This document shows, piece after piece, positions 9,920 through 18,770 of a stretch of DNA of 64,000 nt (positions within the stretch are counted from its first letter, which is position 1; each line of letters begins with the position of its first letter). Source of the DNA: a virus; IMG/VR virus record IMGVR_UViG_3300032102_000006; one strand, written 5' to 3'. Under the pieces are notes generated by a model. It did no database searches. It was not told where the DNA came from and was given only the letters and a program-made list of their open reading frames with translations. A program made the position numbers and the translations under genes.

Positions 9920-10112
9920 TAATCCAAGTATGCTGTTCTGGCTCGCCGCCGCGCTCGCGGATTTGACGTTCCAAATCGCGAATTTCTTTAATAGTGCTAG
10001 GGCGGCGCAGAAATTTAGTCTCTAAGCTAGCAATCTTGCTCTTGAGCCATACAATCTCATGTAAACAATTAGTATTGATTTTGAGGTAGTCTTTGCTAAC
10101 TGGTGTGCTCAT
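9906..10112 (-). CDS. Small hypothetical early protein
   Basis: 68 aa, AGGAG SD, own promoter. Confidence 0.65.
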   Translation of the reverse strand: MSTPVSKDYLKINTNCLHEIVWLKSKIASLETKFLRRPSTIKEIRDLERQIRERGGEPEQHTWIIDTN

Positions 10113-10143
10113 TGCCTGCTCCTGTTTTGTTTCGCTATGTATT

Positions 10144-10172
10144 ATTATAATACCGAAACCAATTTATGCCAA
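10144..10172 (-). promoter_or_regulatory. Sigma70-type early promoter
   Basis: TTGGCA-N17-TATAAT. Confidence 0.75.
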
Positions 10173-10188
10173 TTTCTATTTGTATACT

Positions 10189-10716
10189 TTAGTTTACAAA
10201 CTCCCTGAGCAAAAAATCAACAGTTGCATCATCAGCTTCGCCTAGATCCTTGCCGTTAAGTAAGCACAAACTAACATCACCAAACTTTGCAAGTTGCGCA
10301 CCGGCTCGGTCCCCATCGCATACTGCAACAACCTTACGGTTCAACATGGCTAGCCAATTTCGTAAATCCCAGCCTGTGTTAGAGCTTAATACTGCTAATG
10401 CACTGACCCCACGGCTAGTAAGCCGGGCGGCATCAAATACACCTTCACACAAAAATACTACATCAGGAGTTAAGTGTAAACTTTCTACACCCCAAACCGT
10501 CACTGTGGGCTGATGTCTATAGGTAAAATACTTACCCTCTTTGGGATTATTATTGGGCTTTTTCTCCCCTTCAGGTCGATATTGCTGATAACCAACAAGA
10601 GCACCGCTTAAGTTATAAAGATAAAAAGTAGCAACACGAGCTGCTTCGTCAACTACAGGACGATGCAGGTCAACATCTAAATGTCTGCTGGTAAGGTGTT
10701 CTACTACTGTCATCAT
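10189..10716 (-). CDS. Toprim-domain primase-like protein (no zinc-binding domain)
   Basis: FLCEGVFDA (Toprim E-G-x-x-D), VAVCDGD.AG (DxD); start at ATG 10716. Confidence 0.7.
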   Translation of the reverse strand: MMTVVEHLTSRHLDVDLHRPVVDEAARVATFYLYNLSGALVGYQQYRPEGEKKPNNNPKEGKYFTYRHQPTVTVWGVESLHLTPDVVFLCEGVFDAARLTSRGVSALAVLSSNTGWDLRNWLAMLNRKVVAVCDGDRAGAQLAKFGDVSLCLLNGKDLGEADDATVDFLLREFVN

Positions 10717-10722
10717 ACAAGT

Positions 10723-10751
10723 ATTATAGCACCAAAAGCCATTTGTGCCAA
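10723..10751 (-). promoter_or_regulatory. Sigma70-type early promoter, 6 nt from ATG (leaderless)
   Basis: TTGGCA-N17-TATAAT-acttgt-ATG. Confidence 0.75.
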
Positions 10752-10776
10752 TTTTTAAAGCACAAGTCAAAACAGG

Positions 10777-10782
10777 TAAATA
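10777..10782 (+). promoter_or_regulatory. Late promoter TAAATA for gp14 operon
   Basis: TAAATA 7 nt before ATG 10790; recurring motif. Confidence 0.65.
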
Positions 10783-10789
10783 CTAGACT

Positions 10790-11836
10790 ATGCCAAGATT
10801 AAGCCTTTGGAAAAACGAACGCACAAACGACTATCACTTCATGGATAAACTTATCCGCGAACAGTTTTTAGTCGGGGGCACCGCTGTTCTAGTCCACAAA
10901 TATTTAAAACCTGCTGACCAAGGTGCTAGCAGCGATCCTACACAGCCTAACTATACCGCCGAAGGCGGGTTAGACGAAACTAAAATACAAGATTTGCTAT
11001 TTTTAGAAAATAGAGATAGGATTTATGATCCCGATGTTTACGAACTTCGCGGAGTTTACAACGTGGGCGATCAAGATTTCGACCTAACGCAGTTTGGTCT
11101 GTTTTTAAGTGCCGACACTATCTATGTTAGTTTCCATACTAATGATATGGTCGAACGTATGGGACGTAAACTAATGGCTGGCGACGTTATTGAACTGCCC
11201 CACGTTAGAGATGATTTATTATTGGATCAATCAAAGCCGGCTGTAAATAAATTCTATGTTATACAAGATGCTAGTCGTGCTGCTGAAGGTTTTAGTCAAA
11301 CTTGGTATCCGCATATATGGCGCATTAAGGCTAGCCCAATGACTGATGCTCAAGAATATAGAGATATTCTACAACAAACTGCCGATAATGGTGTTGATAC
11401 ATTAAAAGATGCCTTAAGCACTTACCAAAAGGAACTAGAGATCAGCAACGCTATTGTCAAACGCGGCGAGCAACTAGCACCTACTATCATGGACAACACC
11501 GATAATGTTTTACAAGATGCTACAAAACAATACCAGTCATATGCCAATACAGAATATGATCACGGGGAAACACTAAACCAAGGTTTAAGTTTCCCTCTTA
11601 CTCCTGCACAGGGCGACTTTTTCTTACGCACAGACTACACTCCTCCTGCGCTGTTTGCCTACAGAGGTACTCGTTGGCAACGCATGGAAATGAATAACGG
11701 CGCTGTAGACGTTAAGGATCGTGTGCTAAACGCTGCGCCTTTTATCAATAACAATGCAACTACTGTTATAGGCGGAGAAGAAATGCCTGAACGTCAAGCA
11801 CTGAGCCAAGTTATTAAACCAAAAACGGACTACTGA
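10790..11836 (+). CDS. gp14: Neck / head closure protein (gp14-like)
   Basis: DLLFLENRDR.Y....Y.L.G.Y......FDL.QFGLF; GRKLM.GDV.ELP; upstream of gp15-like gene. Confidence 0.8.
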   Translation: MPRLSLWKNERTNDYHFMDKLIREQFLVGGTAVLVHKYLKPADQGASSDPTQPNYTAEGGLDETKIQDLLFLENRDRIYDPDVYELRGVYNVGDQDFDLTQFGLFLSADTIYVSFHTNDMVERMGRKLMAGDVIELPHVRDDLLLDQSKPAVNKFYVIQDASRAAEGFSQTWYPHIWRIKASPMTDAQEYRDILQQTADNGVDTLKDALSTYQKELEISNAIVKRGEQLAPTIMDNTDNVLQDATKQYQSYANTEYDHGETLNQGLSFPLTPAQGDFFLRTDYTPPALFAYRGTRWQRMEMNNGAVDVKDRVLNAAPFINNNATTVIGGEEMPERQALSQVIKPKTDY

Positions 11837-11838
11837 TT

Positions 11839-13191
11839 ATGCAATATTTTTATGACGCACAAATAAGACGCTACCTAACACAGTTTATGCGAATACTAGG
11901 CGGGTTTAGTGTTAAGACCGGCAAGGATAGATACGGAAACGAAACATTTATTCAAGTGCCTGTTCGTTATGGTGATATCAACCGAATGGCTGCTCACATA
12001 ATGAAAAATCAAAGTGAGAACACTATCAATACTGTTCCATTCATCAGTTGTTATGTCACCGATCTACAGCTAAGTGCAGAACGAAGATTAAATCCCACTC
12101 ACGTGGATAAGGTTAGAGTTTACGAAAAGAAGTTTGATGCTGCTACTGGTTCTTATGTCGACGGTCAGGTAGGCAATACTTATACTGTAGAACGTTATAT
12201 GCCCGTGCCATATGATTTAACCGTTCAAGTTGATATGTGGACCAGTAACACTGACCAAAAGCTACAGCTAACCGAACAACTACTAATGTTGTTTAACCCA
12301 AGTATCAACTTAAAACTAAATGACAATCCATTTGATTGGAGTAACTTAACTTATACTGAACTAGTAAACGTAGTTTGGAGTGTAAGGCAAGTTCCAGTTG
12401 GCACAGACGATATCATCGATGTTACTGCGTTAAACTTTACTATTCCTATCTTAATAAACCCACCTGCTAAAGTCAAACGCCAAACTCTTATTCATTCTAT
12501 TCTAACAGAAATCAAACGCCAGCAAGGCGACGAAATGTTAGATTGGGTACCCAGCGATCCTGTCCCAAATAAACAATGGGTAGTTGTTACTTTCGAGAAC
12601 CTAAAGCTGCAAGTTAAAATCGAAGGTGATCAAGCTACGTTGCTAAACAAAAGTGGAGGCACTACCGACGACAATGGTATTTTATTATCATGGGAAGCAC
12701 TGCTCAAGCCCTACGGAGAAGTTAAGTACGGTATTAGCAACTTAAGACTTCGTCGAGGCATAGACCCGGGAGATGCTAGTCAAGATATTATTGCAACTAT
12801 AGATTCCGTAGACCCTGCTACACCTAATATAGTAACTATCAGTGTAGATAGTAATAGTTTACCAGATAGCACTATACCTGCTATCACAGCCGTTGTAAAT
12901 CCTACTCGAGCTGCGCCAGGACATGGTTTACCTGCTGCACAGTTAGGACAGCGTTATCTAGTAGTTGACAACGTTCCTAATAATTCGTACTGGGGCACAG
13001 TAGTTGCGCATGCTAATGATGTTTTAGAGTTTAATGGCAGCTCATGGATTGTTAGTTTCGACAGTGCTAGCAACTCTAATGCTGTAGTGTTAAATACTAC
13101 TAGCAATTTGTTATACGAATGGCGCAATGGTCAATGGATCAGTGCAGTAGAAGGCACTTATCAAAACGGCTGGTGGAGAATTTATTTGTGA
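11839..13191 (+). CDS. gp15: Tail terminator / sheath stabiliser (gp15-like) with C-terminal extension
   Basis: YFYD.QIRRY..QF; VPVRYG; MPVPY.L....D.W.SN..QK.QL.EQ.L.LFNP. Confidence 0.85.
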   Translation: MQYFYDAQIRRYLTQFMRILGGFSVKTGKDRYGNETFIQVPVRYGDINRMAAHIMKNQSENTINTVPFISCYVTDLQLSAERRLNPTHVDKVRVYEKKFDAATGSYVDGQVGNTYTVERYMPVPYDLTVQVDMWTSNTDQKLQLTEQLLMLFNPSINLKLNDNPFDWSNLTYTELVNVVWSVRQVPVGTDDIIDVTALNFTIPILINPPAKVKRQTLIHSILTEIKRQQGDEMLDWVPSDPVPNKQWVVVTFENLKLQVKIEGDQATLLNKSGGTTDDNGILLSWEALLKPYGEVKYGISNLRLRRGIDPGDASQDIIATIDSVDPATPNIVTISVDSNSLPDSTIPAITAVVNPTRAAPGHGLPAAQLGQRYLVVDNVPNNSYWGTVVAHANDVLEFNGSSWIVSFDSASNSNAVVLNTTSNLLYEWRNGQWISAVEGTYQNGWWRIYL

Positions 13192-13664
13192 GACAATTTA
13201 GAGGTGTAGGAGCAATTATAGTTAGCGAAGAAACAGGAAATGTTATGAGTGTTCTTCGTAGCCCAGCCGAGACGCATCCTAACACTTGGACATTTGCAGG
13301 AGGCAGGGTTGAGGACGGAGAAAACTCTGCCGATGCACTTCGTAGGGAATTAAAAGAAGAACTTAACTTAACTAAAATAAAAAAAATGCTACCGTTGCAC
13401 AATTATCAAAGTAGAACTAAAGATTTTATCTACGATACTTATATTGTGTTGGTAAGCAAGGAGTTTGTTCCCGAGTTAAATTGGGAAAACAGTGGATATG
13501 CATGGACTAGCCTAGATAACATGCCTGGACCGTTGCATCCTAAAACTAGACAAATGTTAAGTTCAACTAGATTAAAAAGTAAATTTAAGAATTTTTACAC
13601 ATGGATCGACAAGAAGAATGGCAGCAGAGATAATACCATTTCCCAAGAAGGAAAAACCTCTTAA
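13188..13664 (+). CDS. NUDIX hydrolase
   Basis: GGRVEDGENSADALRRELKEEL Nudix box; GTG start at 13188 overlaps gp15 stop (GTGA). Confidence 0.9.
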   Translation: MRQFRGVGAIIVSEETGNVMSVLRSPAETHPNTWTFAGGRVEDGENSADALRRELKEELNLTKIKKMLPLHNYQSRTKDFIYDTYIVLVSKEFVPELNWENSGYAWTSLDNMPGPLHPKTRQMLSSTRLKSKFKNFYTWIDKKNGSRDNTISQEGKTS

Positions 13665-14016
13665 AAGAGCATCTAGCATAGACCTGTACTACTGCTGGGA
13701 CAGTAGGCTTAATAATCCTTTGCTAAATCGTTTGTACAAAACAGAAACTTGCTATGTCGAACGATGGTATTTACAACTGCAACATTTACTCAATGAAGAA
13801 AATACTAACCATCCTTTAATGCAACTTGTGCTAAGTCCGCAAGATACTACGCTAAATTATCTGATAGAATCTACAGAAAAGGATCTTGCAGTACAGAGAT
13901 ATTTTTCAGACGTTAGAAATGCAGATGCTGCTTATGCAAATGTGGTTAGATTAAATCGCTGGCTTACTAAGTGGCAATCACTACTTCGATACCGTCAAGG
14001 ACTTTATAACGCTTAG
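13618..14016 (+). CDS. Hypothetical protein
   Basis: 132-aa ORF continuing the + operon. Confidence 0.6.
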   Translation: MAAEIIPFPKKEKPLKRASSIDLYYCWDSRLNNPLLNRLYKTETCYVERWYLQLQHLLNEENTNHPLMQLVLSPQDTTLNYLIESTEKDLAVQRYFSDVRNADAAYANVVRLNRWLTKWQSLLRYRQGLYNA

Positions 14017-14605
14017 TGCCTAAATGACTTAATTCGCAAGTTGTCTGCACATCTAGCCATATGTCAATTTTTTCTGCAAGGCACTTTCTAAAAAATTCAA
14101 TATCTTCCCCTGTATATTGATTGTTAGCAAATCCCAACTGGAACCAAGGTATACTAACCTGTTCAAAAACTTCCATTTTAATCAAACAAAACCCCAAGGC
14201 CATTGCTTCTACAGTTATATGACTTGCTGTTTGCTCTTGAGGACGAACATGACTATTCCAGTCATCGATACTGTGCCATGCTGTAGTTATAATAGGCTCC
14301 ACTCGTTTGCTATAAGCTGCTCCTACTATCGGTTCGTCAAATTCTAATAAGTTTAGTACATGTTCGGGACTAAACTCTATATCACTGTCAATAAACATAA
14401 CGTGACTAGCATTCCAATCTCTTGCTGCTATTACCAAGTTATGTCGTTGATCAGCTATAAGAGTACCCGGACTTAAAAATAAGCGATGCTCTATACCCGA
14501 TTCACTTAACACTTTAGCCAAGTTGTATAACGAAAACGTGCAAATGCTGTGCATTTGATCACGAGTCGGTATACAAATTGCTAATCGAACAAGCGATGTA
14601 TTCAT
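13967..14605 (-). CDS. GT-A fold glycosyltransferase-like protein
   Basis: AICIPTRD, R..L...A, HVMFIDSD (DxD), ..GF.LI...VF, GED..F. Confidence 0.8.
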   Translation of the reverse strand: MNTSLVRLAICIPTRDQMHSICTFSLYNLAKVLSESGIEHRLFLSPGTLIADQRHNLVIAARDWNASHVMFIDSDIEFSPEHVLNLLEFDEPIVGAAYSKRVEPIITTAWHSIDDWNSHVRPQEQTASHITVEAMALGFCLIKMEVFEQVSIPWFQLGFANNQYTGEDIEFFRKCLAEKIDIWLDVQTTCELSHLGTKRYKVLDGIEVVIAT

Positions 14606-15147
14606 TTAACTTTTTTAAGAGATAATTTAGTAGGAGTGTCAGTTTCTTGCTGCTGTACTAATCCAATCGCTTCTTCTGCTTTTACAGTTGCTGCTCTTAT
14701 CGTATTTGCAAGTCTCACACATAATTGAGTAGAACTAATATACGCATCTTCAGGCAGCTTAACTAGCTTAGTTAAAGTTTCTAAACTAGGCTTACCAAGT
14801 GTAAGCACTTCAATTGCAGCCTGCTTACCTAGATAGTTAACCCAATATTCCTGCTCAGTTGATTCTCTATTGTTAATAAACTCGACAATTTTATCTTCTC
14901 CGATAGCATCTAATTGGGATTCTAATTGCAATCGTTCTTCTTGGAGCTGTGCTTGCTCAAATTGTCTAGTTTCTGTTGCTAGATCACTATCTATTTTTCT
15001 AATACGATTGATAGAGTCAATAACAAATCGAGCACGACCGGGTGCTTGAACATTATCAAAATTTTCTATTTCAAATTTACTAGTTGTTATGTAAGGACAA
15101 GCATCAAATGCTGCTTGTAGCTTGTTTTTTGCTTTTTTTGTAGCCAT
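14602..15147 (-). CDS. Hypothetical coiled-coil protein
   Basis: 181-aa ORF coupled to glycosyltransferase. Confidence 0.7.
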   Translation of the reverse strand: MATKKAKNKLQAAFDACPYITTSKFEIENFDNVQAPGRARFVIDSINRIRKIDSDLATETRQFEQAQLQEERLQLESQLDAIGEDKIVEFINNRESTEQEYWVNYLGKQAAIEVLTLGKPSLETLTKLVKLPEDAYISSTQLCVRLANTIRAATVKAEEAIGLVQQQETDTPTKLSLKKVK

Positions 15148-15152
15148 TAAAA

Positions 15153-15188
15153 AAATACCTCAAAATGTTTAACTTCGAGGTATTTATA
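15153..15188 (-). promoter_or_regulatory. Late promoter TATAAATA overlapping a 9-bp hairpin that contains the SD
   Basis: AAATACCTC (15153-61) / GAGGTATTT (15177-85); TATAAATA at 15181-88 on minus strand. Confidence 0.65.
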
Positions 15189-15203
15189 ACGTATACTCTA
15201 CTA

Positions 15204-15416
15204 TTAGTAAGAGTATGGTGTAGTTTGGCCGCCGAATCTAGAACTTAAACTAATTTGAGTTCCAGAACTTTGTCCCATATAAGAACCCAGCGTGCCGCTG
15301 AGACTAACGTTTTGGCCTGCTGCTGGCGTTATATTACTAAACGCTTTGCGAACGCGGCCCATAACGATCTCAGACCCTGTTGCTGGTAAAACAAATCCAG
15401 ATGCTGTAGTAGGCAT
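15204..15416 (-). CDS. Small virion/tail-fibre-associated protein
   Basis: 70 aa, G/S/T-rich, AGGAG SD and TAAATA at 15437-42. Confidence 0.65.
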   Translation of the reverse strand: MPTTASGFVLPATGSEIVMGRVRKAFSNITPAAGQNVSLSGTLGSYMGQSSGTQISLSSRFGGQTTPYSY

Positions 15417-15486
15417 TTTCAATCTCCTGTTAAAAATATTTATCCAAATATTCGGGGCGGTTAAACCCCGAACATCTTACAGGAAA

Positions 15487-17721
15487 TTAGGCTTGTTTAC
15501 CTACTTGAGCTTCAAGTGTCTTCACTTTAGCACTTAGTTCCTTAACTGCTTCGATTAGAAGAGCGGTTAGCTTGTCATACTTAACTGTCTTATAGCCTTC
15601 GAATGCACTAGCAACAACTAATTCTGGTAAAACTGCTTCAATTTCTTGAGCAATAACACCAACCTCAGCCTTGTCTTCGATACCTAAGCCTAGAGCAGTT
15701 TCGTTTGGACGGTAGTGAACACCACGGATAGCTTCAACTTTGTCTAACGCACCAGCAATCTCAACGATATCTTTCTTCAAGTTAACGTCAGAGTAGTAAG
15801 CTGTAACTTCACCAGTAGCAGTGATTGCACCACTAACTGTTAAAGCACCAGTGCTTAATGCAGCACTAGTTGTTGCTCCGCGTGCAGTAACGCTAGCCAA
15901 CGTATCGGTTTCTGTATAACCTGTAATAAAACCAGCACCGTTAGTTAGTTGGTTTGTATTAGTAGGAATTGTGATTGCACCAGTTGCACTGTTGTAAGCA
16001 CCAGAACCTGCTGTGAAGCTTAACGCACCACGAGCACGAGCAGTTGTGAAGTATAGGTTTGTAGTACCTTCAGTAATCTCGTCTGTGTTGTCTTTAGCTG
16101 CGACAGCGGCTGCAATAGCTGCATCACGAGCAGTAGCTTCGGCTGCAACTTTACTTGTTGCGTCTGCTGCGGCAGCGCTGATTGCTTCACTCTTAGCTGT
16201 TGCAATAGCACTTGTGTTAGCACTTACTGCCAATGCATTTGTGTACTGCGTGATTGTTGTGCTGATTGCACCAGTTGTACTGTTGTAGCTAATACCTGTA
16301 CCGGCACTTACGCTACTACGTGCGCGAGCAGTTGTGAAGTATAAGTTACTTACGCCTTCGCTGATAACATCAGTATCCATAGTACGTGTGCCACCTAAGC
16401 TGACTGCTGTACCGTTGATTGTAATGCTGCTGTTTGTTAAGCTGTTGTTAGGAATAGAACCTAAGCTGATTAAACCAGTGCTGCTGTTATAGCTTACGCC
16501 AGAACTTGTATTTGCACTTAGTGCAGTACGAGCACGGCTAGCAGTGTAGTACAAGTTTGTACCTTCAGCTAGATCGCTTGTGCTTGCTGCGATTGGGTTA
16601 TAAACTGCACCATCGTTAGTGAATGTCCACTTTTGTAAACTTTCGTTCCAACGTAATTGTACGTTTGCTTCATCACCACGTTCAACTTCAATACCAGCGT
16701 TTTGTGTAGGTGTACCAGTTGCATCACTGTTTAATGTGATAATGTTGTCAGCTAAGTTAATTGTGTTAGCTTGAACAGTTGTAGTTGTGCCTTCAACTGT
16801 AAAATTACCTGCAACAACAACACCTGCGCTAGTTACTGTTAGGGCAGTGCTGCCGTCAACTGTAACTGTTACTGTACCAGTACCGTTATCAACTACTGCA
16901 ACATTGCTGTTACCTTGGCTGATTGTGCTTGTACTGATAGCAGAAATGCTAGAATCAACATAAGTCTTTGTAGCTGCATCGCTGCCTGCGCTTGGTGCGC
17001 CTAGACCAACAATCTTGTTGTTGTTCATATCGATGTTGTCACCGAAATTAACTTCTATGCCTGCGCTGTCTGTAATGTTCTTACCGCTTGCGATTTGCAA
17101 TGTTCCGTCTACGTTTACGTTTGTAGAACTAGAACCTAATTGCAATACACCTGTACCAGTTGTTGTCAAACGAATGTTCTGATCAACATCGGCTGTAAAT
17201 GTCATTGTACCAGAGTTATCACTGATAACAGGGCTTCCGTTAACGTATAATGTACCTGGACCGACGTAAACGTCTTTCCATACTTTTGTTGGGCTACCTA
17301 AGCTATATGTGTTGTTAGCTGTAGGAATGATATCACCAGTGATATCAACACCGTTTGTTAATGTTAAACCAGCGAATGTTGGTTTTGCTGCACTTGTTAA
17401 GTTTTGTGCTGTGCTAATAACGCCTGTACTTGCATTGTAACTGATACCTGTACCTGCACTTACCGATGCGCGTGCGCGGGCTTGTGTAAAGTATAGGTTA
17501 GAACCTTCAGCAACGTCGCCGGAATCTAAGGTAACAGATCCAGTTTCGCCGTTTACGCTAGTAACGCCACCGATTTGTACAACGCTAGGTGTTCCGTCAT
17601 CTTTTTTGATGTAAATTAAACCGTCATGTGTGTTAATAGCAATTTCGCCTAGTGCTAATTGACTCGCGGTAGGTACTTTACCAGGTGTCGCACTACGCTT
17701 TAGAATAATTGTATTGGCCAT
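15487..17721 (-). CDS. Tail fibre with Mtd_N-like N-terminus and C-terminal intramolecular chaperone (peptidase S74/ICA)
   Basis: ILKRS..PGKVP....L..GE.AIN..DG; EG.NLY(F/Y)T..RAR repeats; YYSD.NLKKDI...GVIAQE.E.V.PE.V...V.Y..L.ALLIEAVKEL. Confidence 0.85.
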   Translation of the reverse strand: MANTIILKRSATPGKVPTASQLALGEIAINTHDGLIYIKKDDGTPSVVQIGGVTSVNGETGSVTLDSGDVAEGSNLYFTQARARASVSAGTGISYNASTGVISTAQNLTSAAKPTFAGLTLTNGVDITGDIIPTANNTYSLGSPTKVWKDVYVGPGTLYVNGSPVISDNSGTMTFTADVDQNIRLTTTGTGVLQLGSSSTNVNVDGTLQIASGKNITDSAGIEVNFGDNIDMNNNKIVGLGAPSAGSDAATKTYVDSSISAISTSTISQGNSNVAVVDNGTGTVTVTVDGSTALTVTSAGVVVAGNFTVEGTTTTVQANTINLADNIITLNSDATGTPTQNAGIEVERGDEANVQLRWNESLQKWTFTNDGAVYNPIAASTSDLAEGTNLYYTASRARTALSANTSSGVSYNSSTGLISLGSIPNNSLTNSSITINGTAVSLGGTRTMDTDVISEGVSNLYFTTARARSSVSAGTGISYNSTTGAISTTITQYTNALAVSANTSAIATAKSEAISAAAADATSKVAAEATARDAAIAAAVAAKDNTDEITEGTTNLYFTTARARGALSFTAGSGAYNSATGAITIPTNTNQLTNGAGFITGYTETDTLASVTARGATTSAALSTGALTVSGAITATGEVTAYYSDVNLKKDIVEIAGALDKVEAIRGVHYRPNETALGLGIEDKAEVGVIAQEIEAVLPELVVASAFEGYKTVKYDKLTALLIEAVKELSAKVKTLEAQVGKQA

Positions 17722-17802
17722 TGAGTATATACTCCCTTTGATTTCGTGAGAAGTAATCTTTTCACTATTCAGAAGTATTTATCAAGAAATAAAAGAACTC
17801 AA

Positions 17803-17829
17803 AAAAAGCACGTATAATACGTGCTTTTT
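17803..17829. terminator. Intrinsic terminator hairpin (bidirectional type)
   Basis: AAAAAGCACGTA-TAA-TACGTGCTTTTT. Confidence 0.75.
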
Positions 17830-17848
17830 CGTGGCAGTTTAAGCTAAA

Positions 17849-18760
17849 TTACGACGTCATGTAACCTGCATTAGTTGCAGGGAAAGCACGAGGTACGTCA
17901 TTTGCTCGTGTGCCGGCCCACATAATACGCACTGCGCCGCCTGCGCCGTTACCATCGGAGCTTCTACCGCCGCCGCCGCCGTATGCACCACCGGCGCCGT
18001 TGTTACCGCCGCCACCGCCGTTACCTCCAGAGCCACCGCCACCGCCGTATGTTGTGTAATAAGACACTGTAGATGCGCCGCCTGTGCCGTTTGCGCCTTG
18101 GCCGTAAAGGCCTACACCACCACCGCCCATGCCTTGCCAGCCACCGCGCACGCCACCACCACCACCGCCGCCGCCGCCCGAGCCGTTGCCGCCTGCACTG
18201 CCTGCGCCGCCACCGCCACCGTTTCCAGTATAGCCGCCTGCGCCGCCAGCGCCTGGTCCGTTTGAGCTATCTGTCCATGCACCGCTGCCTCCTTGGCCGC
18301 CGCCGATATTGACACCATCGACAACATCGGCAGAACCCAGGCCGCCGCCATACGCATTTCCACCAGGGCCGCCACCATAAGCAATTATAGTAGAAGGACT
18401 TATAAAATAGCTGTTACCACCTGCAAGGGCTTGAGAACTCGAAGTTGTAGCAGGTGATCTCGCACCATAAGTGCCTACAACAACGGTGTACGATTGACCA
18501 GGAACAACTGTAATATTATTCCTCCAACCGAGGCCACCACCGCCACCGCCACCGCCAGCGCTGGTATTTCTCTTGCAGCCGCCACCACCGCCGACGCATA
18601 CAACAGAAACAGATGTTACGCCCGCTGGTGCAGTCCATGTAAATGTACCAGCTGAAGTAAACACAGCCTCACCTGGCCCTACCAATATAGGGCCAGTACC
18701 GTCATTTGTTAAAAGTGCCTGAGAAAAATTAGTTAATATCAATGATGTAGATAATGGCAT
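17849..18760 (-). CDS. Glycine-rich virion/tail-fibre protein
   Basis: FT..GTFTWTAPAGVTSVSVVCVGGGGGG; long Gly runs; C-term GAGGAVRI.W; visibly GC-rich. Confidence 0.8.
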   Translation of the reverse strand: MPLSTSLILTNFSQALLTNDGTGPILVGPGEAVFTSAGTFTWTAPAGVTSVSVVCVGGGGGCKRNTSAGGGGGGGGLGWRNNITVVPGQSYTVVVGTYGARSPATTSSSQALAGGNSYFISPSTIIAYGGGPGGNAYGGGLGSADVVDGVNIGGGQGGSGAWTDSSNGPGAGGAGGYTGNGGGGGAGSAGGNGSGGGGGGGGGVRGGWQGMGGGGVGLYGQGANGTGGASTVSYYTTYGGGGGSGGNGGGGGNNGAGGAYGGGGGRSSDGNGAGGAVRIMWAGTRANDVPRAFPATNAGYMTS

Positions 18761-18770
18761 ATTTTAATCC

